This document shows, piece after piece, positions 12,294 to 25,543 of a stretch of DNA of 64,000 bases. The stretch spans positions 312,108,001-312,172,000 of the forward strand of contig OZ024741.1 in NCBI GenBank assembly GCA_964016885.1. Direction: 5' to 3'. This stretch comes from Eledone cirrhosa (taxonomy: Eukaryota). A program made the translations under genes and the position numbers. Positions within the stretch are counted from its first letter, which is position 1. The number at the start of each line of letters is the position of its first letter. Under the pieces are notes generated by a model, which saw nothing but the letters and a program-made list of their open reading frames with translations, searched no databases and was not told the DNA's origin.

Positions 12294-13137
12294 TCGAAAT
12301 ATAACAAAGGAATATAACAGATAACATCCATAGGGCTGAAAATCATAGACAAGTGGACGACCGACCATCTAGCACCTTCTACTTTAGTCGGTCGCCCTTA
12401 AGTGTTGGCTATTAGGTCTACTTATGACCATCTTGTGAGGGGGCGAAAGCTTATAAAGTGCTACTGACTCCCCGTCAAAGAGAAAAAAGAAGAAACAAAG
12501 AAAGAAGTAAAGTCAGCGTTAAGGTCATGCTACAATCAGGCTAGAAATTGCAGCGAAAAATGTTTTTCCAAAGAACCCATACCTTAACAGAAGCATATAT
12601 AGTGGGCGTCTGTATGGTATAATGTGTGAACAGAAAATTGGAACGTTAAACTTATGTTTAGAGTTATAGGATGAACTTAAAAAAAGTAAAACAGTCTTTA
12701 ACTAAATCTTACAACCCAAACCTTAAACTTTTTTTAATTTTTTAATTTTCTTAATTTCATCCTATAACTCTAAACATAAGTTTAACGTTCCAATTTTCTG
12801 TTCACACATTATACCATACAGACGCCCACTATATATGCTTCTGTTAAGATATAGGTTCTTTGGAAAAACATTTTTCGCGGCAATTTCTAGCTTGATTGTA
12901 GCATGACTTTAACGCTGACTTTTCTTCTTTCTTTCTTTCTTCTTTTTTCTCTTTGACGGGGAGTTAGTAGCACTTTATAAGCTTTCGCACCCTCACCAGA
13001 TGGTCATAAGTAGACCGAATAGCCAACACTGGAGGGCGATCGACTAAAGTAGAAGATGCTAGATGGTCGGTCGTCCACTTGTCTATGATTTTCAGCCCCA
13101 TGGATGTTATCTGTTATATTTTTTTGTTACATTTCGA

Positions 13138-13195
13138 ATACCTGATGATATCACCGGATTCATACGGAACCCGGTCATTGAAATGATCATACTAT
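13138..13195 (+). ncRNA. Type I hammerhead (copy; a further copy with C3 mutated at ~15154-15211)
   Basis: atac-CTGATGA(13142-13148)...GAAA-TGATCA-TA-ctat; first stem I pair mismatched. Confidence 0.65.
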
Positions 13196-13434
13196 AATAA
13201 ACCTTTCAAGGATTTACACAAGTCCAGCCTCCTGTTATTTTATTATAATAATTAACTCCGTACACGCACCACCAACTACACAAACGAAGACGGGTGAGCT
13301 GCATTACGTTGAGTACTCTCCATAATATTACATCGAGATTGACCATACGGAATGACCAATTCTATCCAGTGGTGAAGCAACAAACCTAAATAAATAATGC
13401 TCCAGAAATGTTGAGCGATTTCAGATGTAATAAT

Positions 13435-13624
13435 TGTTTCTATTTTAGGCACAAGGCCAGCAATTTACCAGTACATTACTGGTACTTTATTTTATCGACC
13501 CCATAAGGATGAAAGGCAAAGTTAACCTCAGCGGGATTTGAACTCAGATCATTAAGGGACGTAACTCTATGCTTCAAAGCATGGTGTCCGACCCTCTACC
13601 GATACTGCCAATCCATCGCCCTCA
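13435..13624 (-). mobile_element. tRNA-like SINE with 18-bp TSD
   Basis: Minus strand: A-box-like ttggcagtatcggtag, B-box gagttcaaatcc, central aggttaactttgcctttcatcctt..ggggtcgataaaat; TSD gatttcagatgtaataat at 13417-13434 and 13625-13642. Confidence 0.88.
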
Positions 13625-14881
13625 GATTTCAGATGTAATAATGAACAGCAGCACTGACTCCAGTGTACAGCTATCGCCAGCATGGGACTGACTGATCTAC
13701 TCACCATTCGGATTTTGGCTGCTCTGTGCTTTGTCTACCGCCCACCTGGTCTAATGCTGCTTCCATGTCTGGAATATTCAGACTTCGATAAAATTCTACG
13801 GATTATACTATAACCTGTATTGTATTGACTGAATTCTCTACCCTATTCTTCAGGGCCTTTGTGATTCACACTGAATTCTGAGACTCGAACATACACTAGG
13901 TATCACCTGATACCATTCCATCTCTTCCATCCTCTATGTCTATATGTATTATCTAACTGCAACTTGATCTATATTGTATTTCCCCCGTGTTTTGATTTCA
14001 CCGATATGTTATTATATACTTCTGTTTTACTCCATCACCACCCTAGCTATGACGGCGTTTTATTTATGTATTTTTACTTTATTAATGTAATTTTATCTTT
14101 GTATTCTTCTTTTATTTATTTATGTTTTTTTTTGCTTATTGTTCCTTTTATTTAGGTTTTTACTCGCTTTACTCTCATTATGTACTTATCATTGTACTCA
14201 TTAGCACACGACACTAGACTATTACTCTCTGTAGCCTTATATCCCCCACCCCTACCCACCAAAGAACCACCCTACTTATAACCGGGACTAACTGGGGACT
14301 TAAATATAGTCTATTTGCGCATTTCATCGGGTTTTACCACTTTCAACCTCACTTGGTTACACGCGATGATCCGACTGATGTGGTGGCTTTCCCGGCTGCG
14401 CGCTTGGCGCTCTGGTGCATAAGCCTTCCTTGAGTGCTTGGAAAGATTAATTTCCATCCCTTTCGCTAGACGATATCACTCGGAACGGCTGACACGTGGT
14501 TAGGAAGGGCTGGCCGGAGTCTGCAGTCGTCGCGTGTTATTGACTGCTAAACAAGGGCTTAATCTTTACTCTATAACCCACCCTGAAAACTTATCGAGAA
14601 TCTCTATAATACACTTAAACATTTTCATAAATGACTCTCCGTGTAAATTCTTTAACTAAATCTCGCAACCCAAACTTTAAACTTTTTTTAATTTTTTAAT
14701 TTTTTTTATTTCATCCTATAACTCTAAACATAAGTTTAACGTTTCAATTTTCTGTTCACACATTATACCATACAGACACCCACTACATATGCCTCTGTTA
14801 AGATATAGGTTCTTTGGAAAAACATTTTTCGCGGCAATTTCTAGCCTGATTGTAGCATGACCTTAATGCTGACTTTTCTTT

Positions 14882-14933
<52 letters not shown>

Positions 14934-15259
14934 TCCTTCCTTCTTTCTTTCTTTCTTCTTTTTTCTCTTTGAGGGGGAATTAGTAGCACTTTGTAAGCTT
15001 TCGTCCCCTCACCAGATGGTCATAAGTAGACCGAATAGACAACACTTGAGGGTGACCGACTAAAGTAGAAAATGGTAGAAGGTCGGTCGTTCTCTTGTCT
15101 ATCATTTTCAGCCCCATCGATTTTATCTGTTATATTCCTCTGTTATATTTCGAATACATGATGATATCACCGGATTCATACGGAACCCGGTCATTGAAAT
15201 GATCATACTATAATAAATCTTTCAAGGATTTACACAAGTCCAGCCTCCTATTATTTTAT

Positions 15260-15354
<95 letters not shown>

Positions 15355-15509
15355 CTGAGGATATGTTGTGTTAAGGTGTGTAACGTATGTCCGCAATTTC
15401 CAACGGATTCTATTCAACATCGGGACAATTATTGCTTCTGGTCAGGAAGCAACAAAAGTTCCAATCAATCAACAATAAGGGCAAAAATCGATCATGATTT
15501 GAGGTTTAA

Positions 15510-15740
15510 CCCACCTCCCTATAGTTTCTTAGCTTTACTCTCTCCGTCGCTCTTCACTCTCTCTATAATTGATCATTCCCCCTCTCTATAATTTAACTGC
15601 TTTACTCTCTCTGTCGCTCTTCACTCTCTATATGACAACACTGTTTAACACACCTCCCTATAGTAATCCTAGCTTTACTCTCTCCGTCGCCCTTCCCTCT
15701 CTCTATAATAGATTATCCCCCCTCTCTATAATTTAACTGC
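15510..15740 (+). repeat. Short tandem duplications in the Helitron 5' region
   Basis: cacctccctatagt...gctttactctctccgtcgc...ctctctataat repeated 2-3 times. Confidence 0.7.
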
Positions 15741-16467
15741 TGCGGGAGTCATTGGCGTTCCGTATTGACATACGGCTATTCGGTGGCATTTTAAATCGGC
15801 TCATTGCAAATAACAACCCGCAAAATAACACTTCATATAACAGATTAATGCTATAGACATATGAATCGGAATGTTTAAATTATTTCTTTTTTACGACTTT
15901 AATTGCTTAAATATTAATATGACAACACCCATAGTGTTGTAGTTCTGGCAATTCTACCGAACACACTGATTAGGTGAGTGTGTGTTTGTTTGTTTTTTTC
16001 TTTTCATATGAAGTCTAATATTTCCAGTTTTTTATTTCCAACGGATTCTATTCAAAGTTGGGACAATTATTGCTTTTGGTCAGAAGAAGGTCATGAAGCA
16101 AAAAACACGCGATCATGGTATTTAAAATTAGAATTCGAAAACTTATTCGGTTTCAAGCCACGTTTACCTGTATGTTCTTCTTTCTTTTATGTTGTTAAAA
16201 CTATACCTGTCAATACTTTCTGTCAAGCATAACATTTCACTTTTAAGCTTGCAAATACGTTTGTTCAGTGATTTTTCCCCCAAAATATTCTGCTTTTCCG
16301 TCCAAATACTACCAGTTGGTAGATAATTATTCATACCTACCCCAATTTTGTTTGAATATAGCATCTTCATTTAATTTTTTTTTCCTTGCCATTTCATCTT
16401 CCATCCAATTGTGTTTACCATTTAGTTTCGAATTTGATAAGGTTTTTGTTTAACATTTTCAGATATA

Positions 16468-19400
16468 TTGCCCTCAAAAAAGAGATGCTCACTTGGTCGT
16501 AAAACGGTGTCTGCAGCTAAACAGAAAAGAAGACGGTTGAATGAGACGCAGGAAGAAACTGAATTGCGATTGTCACAAAGTGGTTTACGTTTAGCAAATA
16601 GAAGAGCTGCTGAAACCGAAGACCAGCGTAATGAGCGTCTAGCCAGCAATACATCTTACTATACTTCGTCACGGCCTAAGCTTACTGATTTAGACCGTTC
16701 TATCCGTAATTCCCGGAATGCTGTGGCTACTGCCGCTGCTAGAGCCGAAGAATCACACAACGATCGCAGTATTAGATTTGAAAAGAACAATCGGCGTAAA
16801 GAAACTGTCCGGGGCATAACAAGTCAAAACAATTCATATTGACTTTTAAAAGTTTTTAATTATGATCCAACACTTAACCTCTAAATGCGGCCTGACATCC
16901 AGATTGGGAATATGAGTTTAACTTGCAAGTTCTAAAGTGCAAATAAGTGTGTTCGAGAACCACCTGGAATATGCTGCTCCAATGGCAAGGTTAATTTACT
17001 CCCCATAGAGGACCCTCCGCAGCCTTTGAAAGAACTTCTTACTGGCACAACTCCTAGGTCAAAAGATTTTCTTGAACTCATCAGAAAGTACAATTGTGCC
17101 TTTCAGATGACCTCTTTCGGGGCACGCGTTGTCCGAGAAGAAGGGCGGATGCTCACATTTAAAGTTCAGGGACAGATATACCATCTAATTGGATCACTCC
17201 AGCCTAAAAAAACGGAAAAGTCCGCGTTTCACCAAATCTACTTTATAACGCTACAATAGACGGGCTGACATACGTATTTCTATTATTCCTAAGTCTAACG
17301 GCGAGAAAAGTAAATCCGTTGACAAAGACATACTACTCAGTCTTCAACACATGCTTCATGAAAACAACAGCTTCGTCCAGAGGTACAAATATGCCTTGGA
17401 ATCAACACCTGTACCCAACTTCACCATCGTTATTGGTGCTGACAAATGGGCATCTGGGGAGCATGCTCGCCGCTATAACGCCCCCGCATGCAATGAAGTA
17501 GCCGTTGTTCTCCATGGAGATCAGCATAAAAAAAGGGACATTGTCATTAAAAGTCGTGACGATACGCTGCAGAGGATTTGTGAAACGCATCGGTCATACG
17601 ACAGCCTACAAAATCCACTGCTTTTTGCTTATAGGGAAGATGGTTAGCATTTCAGCATTCCTCAAAGCAAATCAAACAATTCTGACGGGACGTCAAATAA
17701 TCCTGACAAGACGTCAGATAAAACGTATCCTGTATGGATTTTCATTCCTACCGCTTCATGATCAGACAGAATAGTTTTAATCATATTCATAGATCATGAG
17801 AGCTTTTCCATCAGTTTGCATTTGATATGGCTGAAAAAATGGAGTCTGAAAGGTTATGCTTCATTCACACACATCAGAAACAGTTCCGTTCTGAATGTTA
17901 CATTCACCTCCGTGATGGCATAAGGAATGATGCAGATCCCCGGAAATTGGAAAGGTTTGTATCTTTCCCTCTAGCTACGTTGCGGGGCCCCGAAACATGC
18001 ACGAAATAACCCAGGATGCTATGACGTTTGTGCGCCATTATGGTCGCCCAGATCTGTTCATTACATTCACGTGTAATCCGAAATGGGTTGAGATAACCCC
18101 TGAACTTTTTCCTGGGCAAAATTATTCGAACATACATGACCGCATTGCCAGAGTGTTCAGACTGAAACTGGCTAAACGCATGGCTTTAATCAAAAAGGGA
18201 CAGGTATTTGCGGCTGTAAAATGTGACATGTTCACCGTCGAATGGCAAAAAGGAAGGCTGCCACATGCTCACATTTTGATTTGGTTAGCTGATAAAATCA
18301 ATTCAAATGCCATAGACAGCTTCATTTCGGCGGAAATCCCTAACCCAGCCACTGACCAGGAATTACATGACATCGTGAAGGCTAACATGATTCATGGTCC
18401 GTGTGCGTCGGGTCCTAATGAGCATCACACTGTCTGAAAGGGATACCCAAAAGAATTTGTTGACCAGACTCAGACTGGTGGTGACGGGTTCGCCCTGTAC
18501 AGGCGGAGACGGCCTGAGAACGGTGGCTTCACCACAACTGTAAAGGGAGGTCAATTCGACAATAGATGGGTGTTCCCTTACGGCTCGCTTCTTTTGAAGA
18601 TGTTCAATAACCACATCAACGTTGAGTTTTGCAACTCCGTCCAGTCGATAGAATACATATGCAAATATGTAAATAAGGGCTCTGGTGCCGTAATGTTCGC
18701 ATTTCAAGCTGAAAATAGCAGGTATGAGGTCACAGAATACCTGGCGGGGCGGTAAATCAGTAGCAATGAAGCTTTTTGGTGCCTATTTGGTTTACCCCTA
18801 CACCAACGGCACCCCGCCATCGCACAGCTTGCGGTACATTTGGAAAATGGGCAAAGGGTTTACTTTACGGACCAAACCGCCGCAAAGTTGGCCGCCGATC
18901 CGAAAGAGACCACTCTGACGGGTTTCTTCAAACTTTGCCAGTTCGATATATTTACGCAAACAATTGTGTACCCCCAGGTTCCATCCTACTTTATATGGTC
19001 GAAAAACACTTGGGTGCGAAGAAAGTCAGGTCAGGCTGTTGAAAGACATCCTGGTGTAAAATTTGACAGCTGTCTTGGAAGGGTTTACACTGTGCCCCCA
19101 AGCCAGCATGGGTGCTTTCATCTCAGCCTTCTTCTGCATGAAGTTGTAGGCACACAAAGTTTTCAGGACCTAAAAACTGTTGATGGAGAAATATGTGATA
19201 CGTACCAGAAAGCCTGCTTTAAGCGTGGTCTTTTGGAAGATGATTGACAATGGGATTCCACTTTAGCAGAGGGTGCTTTGTTGAAATCACCTAAATGTCT
19301 ACGGGAACTCTTTGCCATTTGGCTTCAAAACTGTGAATTGGGTGATCCCAAATCTTTATGGGTCAAGTACAGGAGCTTCATATCTGAGGACTTCCGGCGC

Positions 19401-20983
19401 CTGGCTCATCTGCAGTATCCTTCAGTGGAAGTTGGTTACAGCGACATTATCTACAACAGGGCATTCATTGATATCGAGGACGCCCTCCTCGACATGGGTG
19501 GGAGTGAGTTGGCGTCGTATGTCAGAGAGGAAGCTAAGACGTTGGCCCTGGATTTGTTGCGGGAAACAGAATATGACATCGAATCTCTATCCCAATAGTT
19601 AGAGGAAAATGAGCCCAAACTTCTGTCGGAACAAAGGTTGGCATATTTAACTTTCATTGACGCGGTTAAAAATCGGACTGGGGGTATTTACATTCTCGAT
19701 GCTCCTGGGGATACAGGAAGAACTTTTGTTACGAAATTGATTCTCGCTAAGGTTCGTCAGGAGAAACAAATTCCGTTGGCCGCTGCATCTTCCGAGATCG
19801 CTGCTACTTTGCTGTCGGGAGGCAGGACAGCACATTCAAACTTTAAACACTCCTTGGATTTAGTAAAAACTGAGACACCATCATGCAATATCAGCAAGAG
19901 CTGACACGAAGCTCTGGTTCTCAAAAAATATTGCCTCATTGTTTGGAGTGAGTGTACAATGGTACACAAGGGTGCCCTTGAGGTATTGCACAGGATGCTC
20001 GAAGATATTAGGGATTCTAAGTCTCCTATGGGTGGCGTAGACCTTTTGCTATCAGGGGATTTCTGGCAAACGCTGCCTGTCATTCCCAAAGGGACAAGAG
20101 CTGATGAAGTGCGTGCCTGCCTTAGGTCGACCACGTGGTGGCCCCAAGTGAAGAGTTTGTACCTGAGCACAAATATGCGTGTTCATTTGCATGGCCTCAA
20201 CATGTCTGCAGCATTTGCTCAGAAGATTTTAGCACTTGGTGAGGGCAAGGTCCCTGCGGATGATAAGGGTGGCATAGCAATCGACTCCCTGTGCAACATT
20301 GTGAGCAGCCCTTCTGATCTTTGGGAAGCAGATTTTACTAATGTCTCACCTAACTTTAAAACCTCGATTGGCTCAGCTAAAATACCATCCTTTGCACCGA
20401 AAAAATGCCATGGTTAATTTTATTGACGAGCAGCTGATTGAGAAGATTTCTAGTAAAGAGCACATCTTCAAATCTATCGAGCGGAAGTCAGACACCGACG
20501 ATATCGTTAATTATACGTTTGAGTCATTAAATTCCCTTGAGCCCCCAGGTCTCCCACCTCACATTCTTAAGCTTAGGGTTGGCTGTCCCATTATGCTAAT
20601 AAGGAACTTGCGTCCAACATAGCAGTGCAACGGTACTCCCATGGTCGTCAAGTCACTGACCCCCCACTTGATCGAGGCCACCATTGTAACGGGGTTCGGG
20701 AGAGCGGAGAATGTTTTCATTCCAAGGATGAAACTTTTACGCTCCGCGTCATTACTCCGTTCGATTTCCGGCGATCCCAATTCCCGGTGAGACCATGTTT
20801 TGCCATGTCCATTAACAAATCACAAGGCCAAACATTGTCGATGGCGCGCATCCATTTGGGGGAGCCATGCTCCTCCGATGGCCAGTTTATGTTGCCTGTT
20901 CCATCGTAAGGAGCAGGAATTGACTTTTTACTTACACTCGTCAAGAGATGACACGCAATATTGTCTACAAAGAGGCGCTATAG
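16468..20983 (+). pseudogene. Helitron RepHel pseudogene (HUH-Y2 Rep + Pif1-type SF1 helicase)
   Basis: IRKYNCAFQMTSFG, PDLFITFTCNPKW, VEWQKGRLPHAHILIW, YICKYVNKG, LDAPGDTGRTF (degenerate Walker A), GGRTAHS, LLSGDFWQTLPV, QFPVRPCFAMSINKSQGQTL; many frameshifts. Confidence 0.93.
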
Positions 20984-21291
20984 ATGTTGGTGCAGTTGTT
21001 GGAGGTCTTGGAGCTATGCCGTCTGAAAAACTATAGGGTCAACCATTGCGGACAGGTCTGACATCCAGCGGCATCAGGGCCACCATCTTCCAACTTTGAT
21101 CTGCTAAATTCGCTATTGGAAGATTATTTACCCATCATTGATTGCCCAAAATGCTAACTGGTTCGTAAGTTTTAATAACTGGTTCAACTGCTTTATGCTT
21201 GATAAGCTTATTCGCTTTCAAGCCATGTTCACCTGTATGTAACTTTTCACACCAAATGACCAAACCCGAGCAACGCCGGGCTAAACTGCTA

Positions 21292-21329
<38 letters not shown>

Positions 21330-21399
21330 CGGAATATCAGAAAACGAAAGAAAACAGACAAATGCAGGTATATATATATACATACATAAAAGGAACAAA

Positions 21400-22495
21400 C
21401 ACCCATGGGCACTGAAGTAACTCGAACATATGCAACACTCGTTCGTCATGGGTCACCTAGAGGTAAAATTATATTCTCAGCTGCAGGAAACATTCAGTCA
21501 CGAATTTGCCACCTACATTAATAACAACTGCAAATGTTACCTAGACGATTGCTTCATCTTCTGTAATAGAAGCCAAGGAGACCTGCAAAGATTAAATCCC
21601 ATTATAAACAGGCTTCATGAAGCAAAACAAGTTACCATGGAGTGAAACGAAAAGGAACGACTATTTTGGGATATCATTGTCATTAATTGGCAGTATCGGT
21701 AGATGGTCGGACGCCATGCTTTGACGCATATAGTTACGGCCCTTGCCAGTCTGAGTTCAAATCCCGCCGAGGTTAACTTTGCCTTTCATTCTTACGGGGT
21801 CGATAAAATAAGGTACCAGTAATGCACTGTGTAATTGCTGGCCTTGTCCCAAAAGTAGAAACAATTATCATTAAACAAGGGGAAAATATAAAAACAGACC
21901 TATTTTACAAACCAACAGACACACACCAGTACTTGAATTTCCGATCAGGCCATCACTTACATACCAAAAGGAACATTCCCTTTGATATGGCAAAACGCAT
22001 TTGAACCATAGTAACACAACCCACACTATAGGAAAAAATATTATATGAATATCCCAGTGACAAACTGAGAAAAACAAACCAACAAAATAAAAAGGGAAAA
22101 CAGTTATCTCTTTTATCGTCACTTACAATCAAAGGAACTTCAACATTGTTAAAGCCGCTAAGCAATTTCTCCCGATTCTCAAGCAGTCTCCCAAAATGAA
22201 AGCAGTCATAAAAGACTCACAAATACTTTATAGTAGACACCAAGCATCTAACTTTAAAAAAAATGCTTATTCATGCGAAATTGACGTCTGACAATGAAAC
22301 AATGCAAGTTAAGAAATACGGGTACCCTCTATACGGAATTTGCTAATTCATTGAAGCGAGTGGGCACATCTTTAGAAACAATGGCATTTTCTTGAAGTTC
22401 AAAAGAAAAACCTTAATTTATTGTGTGACCTGCCCACAATGTGAAGAATACTTTGCCAGAAACACCACATACAGTGAACACTTTGCATCATACGG
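21400..22495 (+). mobile_element. Degraded Neptune-like PLE fragment (second family)
   Basis: VMGHLE..CYLDDCFIF, TDLFYKPTDTHQYLNF..HTKRNIPF, LIYCVTCPQCEEY; interrupted by a SINE. Confidence 0.82.
21685..21866 (+). mobile_element. tRNA-like SINE inserted in a PLE
   Basis: Same family as 13435; flanked by attgtcattaa / attatcattaa. Confidence 0.88.
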
Positions 22496-22509
22496 GAAGG
22501 TAAAATTCA

Positions 22510-23150
22510 GTTTAGTGCCTACTTCTCCTGATGACTACAGCATCTCAGTAACTATCCCCGACGTTCCAGCGGCCTTACCATTTTTCAATTGCTTAATTGC
22601 CTCTTGGACCCTGTATTCGTCAATCTCAATAGTTGGTCCCTCTGTCAGGTGTACTGGGGGGTAATTTCTCTCTCTCCCATTCATTCTCCACATTCATCAG
22701 TCTCTCATAATTACGTTTCCAGGCCTCCTTTTTTTCTGATCATTCGTGACACTAATTTGACTAGCATCATTCCGGACACACTTATCTCCAACAACATCCT
22801 GAATTACACTGACACACGGCCTTGCAATGTGGAACACCCAACGTCTCTAATCTTCCCGTTGCAGAACATTGGCAAACCCCCTACACTCAGCCTCCCTGTG
22901 TGCTAAGTACACCTGACGTCTAGCTAGTCTCTTAGCGGCTGTGTATCCTTCTCTACTCCCACCATTTTCCCAAGCGTTCCATGCTAGTCTGTTGTCTCTA
23001 ATGACCCTATCTATCGTGCTGTTCCACCACCAGTTCACTCTCTGTCTGGTTGGAGCTCGGCTCCAGCCACAAGTTTCTTCAGTAGCCTCCAGTAAGTTGT
23101 CACGTAAACAATTACAGTTATCATCTGTCATACGACTCTAGATCGCCTTT
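22510..23150 (-). mobile_element. RTE-clade LINE fragment (linker upstream of RT), inverted
   Basis: LLEATEETCG..WWWNSTIDRVI..AWNAW..YTAAKRLARRQVYLA, continuing to EAIKQLKNGKAAG..EML.SSGEVG. Confidence 0.8.
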
Positions 23151-23203
23151 TTTTTTCGTCATACACATTTTGAAGGGCTTTCCTAAATTTATATATATAT
23201 ATT

Positions 23204-23234
<31 letters not shown>

Positions 23235-23269
23235 ATATTTATATATATAATCGGTACAGTAATATATAT

Positions 23270-24710
23270 GAATAAACAGGTTGCACGCATCGTCAATCAA
23301 GCTATATATGGCGGAGCCATACCCAAAGACTGGTGCATCAGTATTCTCATGAATTGCTACAAAGATAAAGGGGATGCTCAGGAGAGGAGCAATTATAGGG
23401 GCATAAAATTGATGGATTTAGGTTATGAAAGTAGCAGAAAGAATATTAGCGCAATTGATCAGAGAAAGGGTGAAATTAGATGAGATGCAGTTTGGTTGTG
23501 TCTGGAAAAAGTACAACATATGCCCTTTCCTTAGTTTGACAACTACCAGAGAGGTTCTTAGAGAAGAATAAGCCACTATACTTAGATTTTGATGACCTAG
23601 CGAAGGCCTTTGATAGGGTAACCCAATCTGTCATCTGGTGGTCCCTAAGGAAACTAGGTGTAGAGGAATGGCTTGTGAGGACAGTGCATGCTATGTACAG
23701 GGGTGTTGTGAGTAAAGTGAGGGTAGGAATGGAGTTTAGTGAAGAATTCCAGATACAAGCAGGAGTTCATCAGGGTTCGGTCCTCAGCCCGCTCTTGTTC
23801 ATTACAGTCCTCCAAGCCATAACAGAGGTGTTTAAGACTGGCTTCCCATGGGAACCTCTCTATGCTGACGATCTGGTACTGATAGCAGAATCAGTAGAGG
23901 AGCTAGAGAATAAATTCTGGATATGCAAAAGCATTTGGAATCAAGAGGACTGAGAGTAAACATATATAAGACAAAAGTGTTGGTAAGTAGAAAAGAGGAC
24001 AAAACTCTGATTCCATCAGGGAAATGGCCATATTCCATATATAGAAAAAGAGCTCGTATAAAGTCTACACAATGTACACAAGAATGCAGATCTTGGGTAC
24101 ACAAGAGATGTAGTGGGATAGCAGGCAAACTATCAGGTAGGGAAAACTACGTATGCAGTAGATGAACAGGGAAATTTATCAGTAGAAGTCGCAATGATAG
24201 ACACAATTCTCAAATGCAGGTGGGTTATATAGAAGTGGTTGATAGCTTCCGGTACGTAGGTGATCAGATTAGCATGAATGGGGGTGTTCCTAGGCCATAG
24301 TATCTAGAATAAGGACGGGTTGAAAGAAGTTTAGGGAGCTGATTCCTCTGTTGACAAAGAACGGGTTCCTCCCTGGGTACGAAAGGCCGGTTATATGATG
24401 AATCTGAGATGCACGATGCTGCATGGTAGTGAGACATAGGTAGGAACTACGGAGGATATGAAGCAAACATGCTCCGTTGGTTCTGCAATGTGCGTGAACG
24501 ACGAAGCATAGATGAGTTGAGCGAGAAACTGTAAAAGAGGGAGGAGTTGTGGTGTTCAGGAGAGAAGAGATGGTATGGACATGTGATACGCATAGAGGAT
24601 GACCGCTGGGTAAATGTGCCAAGTAATCCCAGTAGAAGGACAACGCAGTAGGGGAAGACTACGAAAAACATAGGCGGAGTTGGTGAGAGCAGACCTCAGA
24701 TTTATATGGC
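23270..24710 (+). mobile_element. RTE-clade LINE RT fragment, degraded
   Basis: IPKDW..YKDKGD..NYRGIKL, KAFDRV, GVHQGSVLSPLLF, LYADDLVL, C..C..WVHKRCSGI. Confidence 0.88.
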
Positions 24711-25543
24711 GTATCTAGGGATAAATATAATAATAGGGATAAGTATAATAACTTTATCCTTAAGGAACTAAGGAAGAATTATCGTAAAACTAACTATGAC
24801 AATTTGGAATCTATAAACTTTGAAGCTTCTGAGATTATGTCTAAACTTGGCATTGAAAAAAAGACCGAACCATTCCTCCCAAGAACTCCGAGGATAAATC
24901 TCAAGGATCATAAAAGTAATTTTCGAACGGAACTGCCTGTTAGACTAATCGCCCCCTCTAAATCAGATCTGGGGGTTGTTACTAAAGCCATCTTGGATAG
25001 AATTATCGCACAGGTTCGTTCTAATTGCTCTATTTCTAACTTAAATTTATGGTTTGGTATATCTGAAGTAATTGGCTGGTTCAACAACCTGAATAAACAA
25101 ACAAACAAAAATGTATTCAATTTGATATTGCCAGCTACTATTCTTCTATTTCGCCTTCGCTTCTCAACAAAGCTCTATCTTTCGCATTTAAATATTCTGA
25201 CATCACCACAGATGCACTTTACATCATTATCACCGCAAGAAAACCTATCTTAGAATTCAATAATGAATACTGGACTAGAGCCGATACTTCCAACAATTTT
25301 GATATCACAATGGGTGCTTCCGATTCATGGCAATTGACTGATTTGATTGGTATTTTTATTTTGAATTCTTTAAATCTGAAAATTCCTCAACTTCGCGGTG
25401 GAATTTATCGTGACGATGGACTTTTTACTATCTTAAACTGAAACTTAGTTAACCTTAATATTATTAAGAACAAAATACGTGATCTCTTTAAGCACCATAA
25501 CCTTAAAATTGAATTTGATAACAACGCCAAACTAGATAACTTC

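Larger units (their letters stand above)
12041..13390. repeat. ~1.35 kb imperfect palindrome (two ~650-bp arms)
   Basis: tttaggtttgttggttcaccactggatag... mirrors ...ctatccagtggtgaagcaacaaacctaaa; centre ~12690-12740. Confidence 0.9.
12695..15262 (+). mobile_element. Non-coding element bounded by ~570-bp hammerhead-containing direct repeats (retrozyme-like)
   Basis: 12695-13250 repeated at 14649-15262; no credible ORF between them; ends at (TA)n. Confidence 0.6.
15345..21292 (+). mobile_element. Decayed autonomous-type Helitron
   Basis: 3' hairpin cccgagcaacgccggg (21265-21280) then CTAG (21289-21292) followed by T; 5' end merges with (TA)n; RepHel remnants inside. Confidence 0.88.

Noticed and set aside
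19638-20983. Host PIF1 helicase gene
   Set aside because: Fused to HUH Rep motifs, frameshifted, and inside Helitron termini
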